Shown here piece by piece: positions 53,575-64,000 of a stretch of DNA of 64,000 nt. Under the pieces are notes generated by a model. It did no database searches and was not told where the DNA came from. It saw only the letters and a program-made list of their open reading frames with translations. The stretch spans positions 49,481,743 through 49,545,742 of the forward strand of contig CM074515.1 of NCBI GenBank assembly GCA_037379345.1. Reading direction: 5' to 3'. Source of the stretch: Perna viridis. Its lineage: Eukaryota. A program made the position numbers and the translations under genes. Within the stretch, counting starts at the first letter, position 1; each line of letters starts with the position of its first letter.

Positions 53575-54240
53575 ATCTACCCCAAAGATAAACGATACTA
53601 CAGACACTGTGAAGCCTCATATCTTGACCTACATCGATGGTAAAGGAAAACTGTTGACCAAACTTTACGACAAACGTGAAGACTTTTCATTCGGAATTGT
53701 CAACTTTCCTTTCATCTGTGGCAATATTCCTTCAGCACCTATGTATGGAGTATTCATATCACAACTCATATGTTATGCCAGGGCTTGCCGAAACTACGCA
53801 GACTTTTTGTATCGCGCTAGAACTCTAACAAATAGGCTTCTGGAACAGGGTAATGTTGCTACAAGAGTGAAGTCATCACTACAGAAGTTTTATGGTTGTC
53901 ATCATGAACTCGTGAATCGTTATGGTGTATCCATCTGCACCATGAAAAACTGGTCATAGTTTTCCCTTCCTTGTTTGTCTATCATGGACTTGACTTTTTC
54001 TGAGCAGCTTGGCGGGTGTTTCTAGAAAAGCAGAGGATGCTTACCCTACCAGTGCACCTGGTCCATGCTCCCAGTTTTTAGTGGAGTCCGAGTTGCTCAT
54101 TTGCTTTTGTTACTTTGTATGTATGATTTTAGTTACTTTATGTTCTTTGTTGATTAGGTCTGTTTTCCATGTCTAGTCTTTGTCCCTGGATTACATTCTT
54201 TTGATTACCGCTATAACCTTGGTTCCCTTGATTACTCTTT
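53575..54240 (+). mobile_element. 5'-truncated, decayed Penelope-like retroelement (Naiad/Chlamys-type layout: ORF ends after the RT thumb) with 3' UTR
   Basis: Translation IYPK..INDTTDTV..SYLDLH (frameshifted), then IDGKGKLLTKLYDKREDFSFGIVNFPFICGNIPSAPMYGVFISQLICYARAC, a recognisable RT C-terminal/thumb signature of aquatic-invertebrate PLEs. The 3' UTR is duplicated at 35282-35554. Confidence 0.8.
53609..53959 (+). pseudogene. Reverse transcriptase thumb/C-terminal domain fragment (non-functional)
   Basis: YDKREDF...NFP...NIP...YGVFISQL..YARAC motif; the upstream part is broken by small deletions and the track's start codon is GTG. Confidence 0.8.
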
Positions 54241-57189
54241 AAATCACCTATTGTGTATTGGTGGATATTGCTTTTCTTTTGACTAACATGTCAATCTGAA
54301 TAGAGTTTACCTTTAAAACATAGGCAACATCTCAGAACATTATCCAGACTCAGGTCATTTTCGCCCTCTATGCAGATTGATAAAATTAAAACAGCAAAAG
54401 TCAGGCCAGTTTATTTATATAATTTTACATAAAATGAATGTTAACTTTTTCATATCTAGGGGATACTATGCCTTAAAATACCTCTATCTTATGTTCAATA
54501 ACACTGTGCTGAAGATTCCAAAGGCACTGGTGATAGAAACTAAAAGTGTGACGGCCATTTCAGGAATTGTCATAAAGATGACATTTTATTGTACCCCTGA
54601 CTTAATGAGCAGGAAATGAAGATATCAGGATAAAACTCATTTGGTCAAAAAGATCTATAGCAGCAAAATTCAGTCAAATGGACCTGAAAGGCATCAGGTT
54701 AAGAATAACATAGGTCAAAGACATAGAATGCCATGAAAATCAGGAAGCTTCATTCAGGAAATCACGTAGAAAAGTAATTGAACTAGGGCCCTACATATCA
54801 TGAACTAAATATTGAATATATTGTGATAATCCAATACTTCTATCACTCTAATTATTTTCTTTTACTATAACAAGTTTGAAGGGTTTATAAACCTGCTTAG
54901 TCAGCTGACAAGGTCCAGTTTGAACATGTTAGACACACTCAACTTTATACTTTAATTGCAATAAAAAAACAAGCATACCATATATCTGTCAAACAAATAG
55001 GCCCAGAAATCTTATCTAAAAGTTGTTTAAATCTATGGAATCATTTTTTTAATAATTTTTTTTTCTTCATCAAAATAGCTTAAAAATTTCGCACCTTCAA
55101 TACGAGTTGAATAGCTAGTGAAATCTAGATGGTCAACCCATCTTTATCCTTTTCTACTTACAAACGACAGGACACAACCAAAGGATGACCAGCAGACAAT
55201 GAGGTACTAATAACCACCATTCCTATCACAATCCATGCATTTTCTTAACTAAAGCAATGTTGTACTGACATGTACAAAAACACTCCAAAACCCATCTGTT
55301 AGTTTCCCTCCCTGCCATAAAACTTTTTCTCCATCTGTTAGTTCCCCTCCCTACTGCCATATAACTTTTTTCTCCATTTACATAATATTGTCACATGGTT
55401 TAATGTCATTCTTTATTGTTATTTTATACATGTGTAAAGCAATTCAGCCAGAAATAGTATATTACATTTCTGCACTAGTGGGATGTGTATTGAATCTTCA
55501 ATCTTGACTGATTTTAAAAAAAAAATAAAATAAAATAAAAAAATCAATGACCATAGAAGTTACACATTCATTGATGTGTAAGAAAATGTTCTCAATAGAA
55601 TATTTTTTTTTTTAAAGACTACTGTTTTTTTACAGATTTAGTAAGCTTTGTTTAAAAGAAAGTTTATTATATCACTCGTTGATAGAAGTGATAAGATTTG
55701 ATCCCTTGATAAAGGAAGTGGTATATGAAAATTCCATACAAAACCCCCTTAATCACCATGACATATTTTCTTCCTGTTACTGGGATTAGCTCTATAGATA
55801 CAAGAGAAGACTAATAATATGGATAAAATATACCAATTTAGTGGCATTGACATTAAAAACAACCTAAAGTCCTCCCAAACAATTCAACTTAAATCTAAAT
55901 TCAAATTTATATATTTCTGTTTATTGGCAACACAGTACTTTTGTCCAAAACAGACAACATGTATCTTATCATAGACAAGAAACATGGAGAAGGTTAAGGT
56001 TAAAATTGTTCAGATAAATCTAAGGTCATTGTCAAACCTGAATGAGAAAAAAAAAACCCTTCACTTAAAGGAAAGTGGGAAGATAAACCAACTTTGTTTC
56101 CAAGGGAGTACGTTTCATAGTATACCATATTTTGTACAACCTTGTAAATGAAGGACAAGAACTCAGCCTAAAAGGATGGTACTGTACTCTTAATTCATTC
56201 ATGGTCTAGAGGCTGCCAAAACTCAATCATATCTATTTGACTATTTTCAGTCAAGAAATTAAGAAATGAGACATTTTCATCCCCCCTCCTACCTCCCACC
56301 CCTGATGCCACTGAAGGAAATGCCAATGTGTTGTTAGGCTGATTAGGCTTAAGAAATGAAACTTTTGACAAAACAAAAACATTGATGTCCTTTTTGGAAC
56401 CATAAAATGTGGTATATTTATTCACAGACCAAATAGTATATGTGTGATCTAAGTTTCATTGTGATGTAACTGCCAACATTCATAGGAAAAAAATAACCAC
56501 CTACAAGGTAACACCTGGTGTGTGAAAGACAAACAAACAGACAATGTTAACAGGGAATAAAAGTACAGTACCAAATTTGAAAAAAAAATAACAAAACATC
56601 AATGCTAGTCTGATATCATATTCTTTATATTTTTTTTGTGACCTCTAATCCCAAACTGGTACTGACAGCTGGTACAATGTAAACTAATGGAATAGATATA
56701 ATAGCAACAGACACTTGAGTTATCAGCAACTTCTTATTTACAAACCACAAAACCACAGAGCACCTGTAAAGTATATATCCATTAAATACCAATTCTAGAC
56801 AAACCACAAGAACCAGAAGTTGCCAATCTTCTAGTTTATTCATGAGAACACTTTACAATTGTGAAATTAACCAAATACAAATCATTATAGAGGCAAATCA
56901 TATTAAAAACATTCCTGAACATGTGCCAGTGCAATTTCTGAATGAAATGCATGTGCAGTTTTAACAATGTTTGCCATGCACAGCATGTGCAACATCAGTT
57001 ATAAGCTTTGCAAGATGGTCATTTTTCTGTAATGAGGGTAGAACAAGATAAGACAAAAATGTCCACAACAGTAAACCCCAGTACATAAGTCACAAAAATT
57101 AACACAGGACACCACTCAGTACTTAAACATAAAGCACTCTTTGACAGTACCTTATTACTCACAAGACAAAATGGATAAAATCACTATAA

Positions 57190-57513
57190 ACTGCCAAAAA
57201 ACTGACAAAACCACTACATACTTCCAAAACCTGAATAAACCTCTACATACTTCAAAAAAACAGATAAAACCATTACAAACTTCCAAAAACCCAACAAAAA
57301 CCTCTATGTACTTCCAAAAACCTGACAACCCTAACATACTTCCAAAAACCTGACAACCCTAACATACTTCCACAATACTGACAACCCTAACATACTTCCA
57401 AAAACCTGACAACCCTAACATACTTCCAAAAACCTGACAACCCCAACATACTTCCAAAATACTGACAACCCTAACATACTTCCAAAAACCTGACAACCCT
57501 AACATACTTCCAA
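57190..57513. repeat. 28-bp minisatellite, degenerate on the left and homogeneous on the right
   Basis: Unit ACTTCCAAAAACCTGACAACCCTAACAT. Confidence 0.9.
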
Positions 57514-57736
57514 ACAAATCCGAGTTAAGACAGAATAATACAACTAAAGTTTGTGTTCATAGAGTTAAATTGTTAACATATATCACAATCGCTTGGTCCA
57601 TTGTTGCAACAGCTTAACTCAGTTTAAAGATACACAGAATCTGACTTCTTGTTTAAAACCACAGTGAAACCTAAATTAAGACTGGCGAAGATGATAAGAC
57701 TCAAATTATAAAACAAGAGAATTAGAAATAGTTTAT

Positions 57737-58262
57737 GACAGGTTTGTCTTATGACTTTGGTTTAGGCAGGTTCATCTTATAACTGGTTTAGACAGGTTTA
57801 TCTTCTGACTTTGGTTTAGACAGGTTTATTATCTGACTTTGATTTAGACAGGTTTATCTTTGGTTTAAACAGGTTTATTATCTGACAGGTTTATCTTTGG
57901 TTTAAACAGGTTTATTATCTGACAGGTTTATCTTTTGACTTTGGTTTAAGCAGATTTATCTTCTGACTTTGGTTTAGACAGGTTTATTATCTGACTTTGA
58001 TTTAGACAGGTTTATCTTTGGTTTAAACAGGTTTATTATCTGACAGGTTTATCTTTTGACTTTGGTTTAAGCAGATTTATCTTCTGACTTGGGTTGAGAC
58101 AGGTTTATTATCTGACTTCGGTTTCGGCAGGTTTATCTTATGACTGGTTTAGTCAGGTTTATCTTCTTACTTTGGTTTAGACAAGTTTATCTTCGGTTCA
58201 GACAAGTTCATTATCTTACTTTGGTTTAGACAGGTTTATTTAAGGTTCAGTTTATGCAAGTT
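57737..58262. repeat. ~28-bp tandem array, following a MITE-like left end at 57662
   Basis: Unit GGTTTAGACAGGTTTATCTTCTGACTTT with deletion variants; CAGTGAAACCT at 57662. Confidence 0.9.
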
Positions 58263-59087
58263 TTATCATCTTTAACAAACAGTGAGGTATTTCTTTTTTT
58301 AGATTTTTAAAAATCTTAATTTGGACAAGCCAACAAAAAAGTTATAACCCCATTTGCATACACAGACACTAATAATACATAAAACTGACCTTAACCTTGG
58401 GCAGCAAGTGTCACAAAAGTTATGCATGAATATATTTGATCTAAGGTGACCCAGTTTCAACAGTTCATCAATAATTAATATACATGTATGGGATGATACA
58501 TCACCCTACACCATTTAGTCATGAGTCAAAATATTCTAAAGACATTATGTATATCACAATGGCAAAATACGGTTATACTGACAAATCTTAGTCATATTTG
58601 TTAGGTTGTGAATAAACAATAGCAAAATAGTTATACTGACAAAACTTAGTAATATTGGTAAGGTTGTGAATGATAGATGAAAGTATAATTTGTCAAAGAA
58701 ACGATAAAAAAAAAGCAAGGAGCCATCTCTAAGAATCCTTATTATGAAGTTTTCAAAATTGAAGAGCCATCTTCAGAGTTAAGGTGCAATCATTCATTAA
58801 AACATTTATCTACCATTATCAGCCTAACCATTCATTACTACAACATCTACTATGATCCTTTCAGAAGTTGTACAGATGATCTACAAAACTGAACCTATAT
58901 AGAGTTTTGAACTTTTCAAAAATTTCAGAAGAACAGAGAACTTCTAAGATCATGGGGACTAATTTGCTGGCAATGTTACAAAGATGACCACACAACAGAC
59001 TGAAGTCAAAAAGAGATTTATAAAGTGCATCATTTATTTTGGGGCCTTTTATGATATAGGTTTTGCCAATCATTGACAACCATGCAG

Positions 59088-59171
59088 TGACCTGTAGAAG
59101 TATAATTGTTCATTGCTTGGCATTTGGTGGATGCCTGTCTCATTGGCAATCATACCACATCTGTTTTTTAT
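59088..59171. mobile_element. Terminal fragment of a high-copy mussel-type interspersed repeat
   Basis: TGTCTCATTGGCAATCATACCACATCT.TTTTT recognised from memory as the end of a common Mytilus-type repeat; not verified by search. Confidence 0.45.
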
Positions 59172-59848
59172 ATTACCTCAATCTTTAGTCTTTAAAATTA
59201 AGCAGAGACATTAGAAACTCTTCTTTTAACAAACTTTCTATCTCTTCTTCTCATCTTTAGCTGACATATCAAGCTGTATCACTACTTAATATTAAAGTCA
59301 GTACAGTCAAGCAAGCTAGGTAAACATACAAGCAAAGCAAGCATGGTATTAAATATACAAGCAAGTTGAAAAAGCATACACATTGTACTTCTGATTGTGA
59401 ATATCAGTTTGATGGTTGTTTAAAGTGCATCCAATCACAATATCATGCATATTAAATTTTACGAATGAAATAATTTCAAAACTTATTATTTTTTCTGTAA
59501 TATATTACTTTATTGCATAAATCATAACATTACAAGAATTTCAGATTTTACCTAACTATACCTGTTTTATCAGTATTAGCATTTTAACCAGTCCCAGTGG
59601 TGTTTAGCTGGACACTGATAGTACATACAAGCTGTGGCACTGATGATTACAATAAAAATAAGCATGCTGATAAACTACATCAAGCAAATTAAGCAATGAT
59701 TACAAAAGTTCAATGATTTGCTAAGAATAAGCTAAGCATAATGAATTTACTTTTTTTGAAAATTTTTGGTTTGAGCCTAAAGATGATATACATGGCAATG
59801 AAATATGGTTTAAATTTGTGCTCCCTGTTAATATCATTTGCATTATAA

Positions 59849-61899
59849 TTTGTGTTCCTTACTGAGTTGTTGAAATTGAAGACATGCTGCTGTGATAGTT
59901 TGTATTCCTTACCGAGTTGTTGAAGACATGTTACTGTGATAGTTTGTATTCCTTACTGAGTTGATGAAGACATGCTACTGTGATAGTTTGTGTTCCTTAC
60001 TGAGTTGTTGAAGACATGCTGTGATAGTTTGTGTTCGTTACTGAGTTGTTGAAGACAGGCTACTGTGATAGATTGTATTCCTTACTGAGTTGTTGAAGAC
60101 ATGCTGTGATAGTTTGTGTTCGTTACTGAGTTGTTGAAGACAGGCTACTGTGATAGATTGTATTCCTTACTGAGTTGCTGAAGACATGCTACTGTGATAG
60201 TTTGTGTTCCTTACTGAGTTGTTGAAATTGAAGACATGCTGTGATAGTTTGTGTTCCTTACTGAGTTGTTGAAATTGAAGACATGCTGTGATAGTTTGTA
60301 TTCCTTACTGAGTTGTTGAAGACATGCTACTGTGATAGTTTGTGTTCCTTACTGAGTTGTTGAAATTGAAGACATGCTACTGTGATAGTTCGTGTTTTCT
60401 TTATTGAGTTGTTGAAGACATGCTACTGTGATAGTTTGTATTCCTCACTGAGTTGTTGAAATTGAAGACATGCTGTGATAGTTTGTGTTCCTCATTGAGT
60501 TGCTGAAGACATGTTACTGTGATAGTTTGTATTCCTTACTGAGTTGATGAAGACATGCTACTGTGATAGTTTGTGTTCGTTACTGAGTTGTTGAAGACAT
60601 GCTGTGATAGTTTGTGTTCGTTACTGAGTTGTTGAAGACAGGCTACTGTGATAGATTGTATTCCTTACTGAGTTGTTGAAGACATGCTACTGTGATAGTT
60701 TGTGTTCCTTACTGAGTTGTTGAAATTGAAGACATGCTGTGATAGTTTGTGTTCCTTACCGAGTTGTTGAAATTGAAGACATGCTGTGATAGTTTGTATT
60801 CCTTATTGAGTTGTTGAAGACATGCTATTGTGATAGTTCGTGTTTTCTGTATTGAGTTGTTGAAGACATGCTACTGTGATAGTTTGTATTCCTTACTGAG
60901 TTGTTGAAATTGAAGACATGCTACTGTGATAGTTCGTGTTTTCTTTATTGAGTTGTTGAAGACATGCTACTGTGATAGTTTGTATTCCTCACTGAGTTGT
61001 TGAAATTGAAGACATGCTGTGATAGTTTGTGTTCCTCATTGAGTTGCTGAAGACATGTTACTGTGATAGTTTGTATTCCTTACTGAGTTGATGAAGACAT
61101 GCTACTGTGATAGTTTGTGTTCGTTACTGAGTTGTTGAAGACATGCTGTGATAGTTTGTGTTCGTTACTGAGTTGTTGAAGACAGGCTACTGTGATAGAT
61201 TGTATTCCTTACTGAGTTGTTGAAGACATGCTACTGTGATAGTTTGTGTTCCTTACTGAGTTGTTGAAATTGAAGACATGCTGTGATAGTTTGTGTTCCT
61301 TACCGAGTTGTTGAAATTGAAGACATGCTGTGATAGTTTGTATTCCTTATTGAGTTGTTGAAGACATGCTATTGTGATAGTTTGTATTCCTTATTGAGTT
61401 GTTGAAGACATGCTATTGTGATAGTTCGTGTTTTCTGTATTGAGTTGTTGAAGACATGCTACTGTGATAGTTTGTATTCCTTACTGAGTTGTTGAAGACA
61501 TGCTACTGTGATAGTTTGTGTTCCTTACTGAGTTGTTGAAATTGAAGACATGCTGTGATAGTTTGTGTTCCTTACCGAGTTGTTGAAATTGAAGACATGC
61601 TGTGATAGTTTGTATTCCTTATTGAGTTGTTGAAGACATGCTACTGTGATAGTTCGTGTTTTCTGTATTGAGTTGTTGAAGACATGCTACTGTGATAGTT
61701 TGTATTCCTTACTGAGTTGTTGAAATTGAAGACATGCTACTGTGATAGTTTGTGTTCCTTACTGAGTTGATGAAGACATGCTACTGTGATAGTTTGTGTT
61801 CCTTACTGAGTTGATGAAGACATGCTACTGTGATAGTTTGTATTCCTTACTGAGTTGATGAAGACATGCTTCTGTGATAGTTTGTATTCCTTACTGAGT
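59849..61899. repeat. ~2-kb satellite-like array, ~44-bp unit with -3/+6 length variants and a 544-bp higher-order duplication
   Basis: Unit CTGTGATAGTTTGTATTCCTTACTGAGTTGTTGAAGACATGCTA; diagnostic variants recur at 60391/60935 and 60443/60987. Confidence 0.97.
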
Positions 61900-62377
61900 T
61901 TTCCATGATTGCCTTGACCCTCCATGGTTTCCCACAACTTCCCTTAACTTCTCATGGTTTCCTACAATTTCGCTTGGCATCTCATAGTTTAGTTTCCTTA
62001 GTTAAAGTTGTTTCAGTGAATTCACAAAAAAATCCATGTTAATCTGTAGTGTATCTTATTCTTTCAGTATCTGTCAGTTGATACTACACCTGACATTTTT
62101 CCTTTACACATTTAATTTTACCAAAGGTTGAATGCTGCAGCATCTGCAGGGACATAAATGCATTATGGGTAATGAAGTGAGGAATGGCAGCAAAACATGT
62201 ACTGTGAAATATTCAGTGTGGTTTTATTCTTTGCTCAACCATAGTAGTTAATGCAAGTTATCCAATTTAAACTGATATTCTAATGTATACTTGTTAGCCT
62301 CAGAATGTGGGAGATCTCCCTCATTCCAACAATTTTTTGTGGGAGATTTTGGCACACAAACAATCAGATATTTAAAA

Positions 62378-62409
<32 letters not shown>

Positions 62410-62868
62410 AAACAAAGAAGTGGAAACTTTTAAAACAATAATTCTATTTAAAGGATTTTTCATAAAAGGCTGTACATTTCAGGGAATCAATCGTCTTATG
62501 ATGGAGGATTTTTTTTCCCAATGGTAGCTATATAAGCTTAAGAAATCTTTCAAAGTATTAGTTTTAAACCTCCCACACAGGCGACACACTCTTTCGTGGG
62601 AGTCCATAGCTCCCTCTGAACATGGGAGGGTTAACAGGTACATTGTATGCTTATGACCAATGCAGTGTTCAAAGGAATTATTTAAAAAAAGATGCTTTTA
62701 ATATTTAGATTTTAACACATAAATGATCTGTGACATTGAGTGATTTCACAGTACAAAGCATAAATGGTTATGGATAAAGACCAGTATAAGGACAATATAT
62801 AAGCCATCTAAAGCAATTTTTGCAAAATTAGCAAATTCAGACATATTAATAGATATGCTTGTCTGCCT

Positions 62869-63575
62869 ATAAGGCCATTGTTTTTTTATTTTTAGTTTTA
62901 CAAATCCGCCGACCCTAATTTCTAGCAATTTGGAAAAAAAAAAATAAAATGACTTTTGTTTCATATATTTTTTTTATTTATAACTCGGTGCTTTGCTGTT
63001 TCAAAAAAATAAAAGGTTAAAGGTTATTGGCTATATCTCTAACAGTCTTAATCTTTATTACGCTTGAAAGACATAGCAGTTTTTATGGTAAAAACCACAT
63101 TGTTCAAAGTTTGTTTTGAATACTTTGAAGCGAAGCACCCCTGAGCGAAGAGATCTGAAGGTAGAACGGTACTATCTATTTCCAATAGGGCGACAATAGT
63201 GAAACATTTCAAATATTCACACCTTTAAAACAATGACGGAGCTATAAAATGACTTTTTCCAGTAATATCTTCATTTCTCTCACTAAAATTTGATCAAAGT
63301 CATAGCAAAACCGTCTCGATTCTTTGTTATTTTAAGCAGATGATGTTTGGGGTCAAACTTCCCCCCTTTTTCTGTGAATGGCACATAAATTTTAAAAGTT
63401 CATAATATTTATATAAAATGGTTTTCAAAAAATAAAATGTAACTTTTTAAAAGTATAATAAGGTTAGAGCCTGTAATTAATAAAACATTTTGGGTGTCAG
63501 CACAATTTGTCCAATCAGAGTGTCCGGAAGTATTTACTTAAGTAGGGTACAAAAAAGGCCAACCTAAAATAATGA
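62869..63575. mobile_element. Probable DNA-transposon-derived interspersed repeat (right boundary uncertain)
   Basis: Starts TAAGGCC...TTAGTTTACAAATCCGCCGACCCTA, recalled as a common bivalve repeat terminus; CpG retained internally. Confidence 0.35.
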
Positions 63576-64000
63576 GAAATAGTACTGTTTTACCTGAACA
63601 GCGAGCACAGGAAAGATGCATTCATGGTTCTGCATCGTTGTGTTTCATCCTGGTCTTAAAACAATTAAAAAACAATTTATAAAGGCCCAAACTGATTCTA
63701 CGATAGGCCAGGCTATATCTGATGAATTAGATCCGGATCTATTAATAGAAAAAAATTATGGCAATAGTGCTTACATTCATGGACAGGGCCACAGTATGAT
63801 TCGTTCCTCCACAGAAGTGGCAACTGATTTGCCTGTGGGAGTGATGAGTGAAATGGGGTATAAATACCTATACAATTATTGTTTGAAAAAGAATGTTCAA
63901 CTCTATTTCTGTTTAATATTTAGAAAAAAGTGGAAAAAAAAGAAGGCAAGTCCTAGAACCTTGTGGGCAGAAAATCAACACATTATTTTAAAATGGTTGA

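Noticed and set aside
3453-62964. Remaining 60-87 aa ORFs of the six-frame track
   Set aside because: AT-biased composition (F/L/I/K/N rich), many non-ATG starts and no recognisable domains.

Overview
AT-rich (about one third GC by eye) eukaryotic DNA with no intact long ORF, no tRNA/rRNA and no CRISPR array. The repeat families look like those of bivalve molluscs (mussel-like); this is from recognition, not a search. The best reading is the 5' end of one very large minus-strand transcription unit. A ~5 kb CpG-enriched block (45.9-50.4 kb) is packed with NRF1-, YY1- and E2F-type motifs interleaved with minus-strand splice donors, suggesting several alternative first exons. It is followed by small candidate exons with good splice sites at 45911-46350, 24801-24886, 9974-10031 and 1200-1227. 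Joined, these give a leader with several short uORFs and no main CDS, so any main CDS would lie left of the window, or the RNA is a lncRNA. The introns hold a decayed Penelope-like (Naiad-type) RT fragment plus a solo copy of its structured 3' end, an RTE-type non-autonomous retroposon with a 13-bp TSD inserted in a minisatellite, several MITE-like elements, a 190-bp foldback and about ten tandem arrays. Several arrays visibly grew out of transposon sequence. Nearly all ORFs in the supplied track look spurious. No new biological system can be proven from sequence alone; the multi-promoter/uORF leader and the four-way-junction RNA in the retroelement 3' end are the best candidates.
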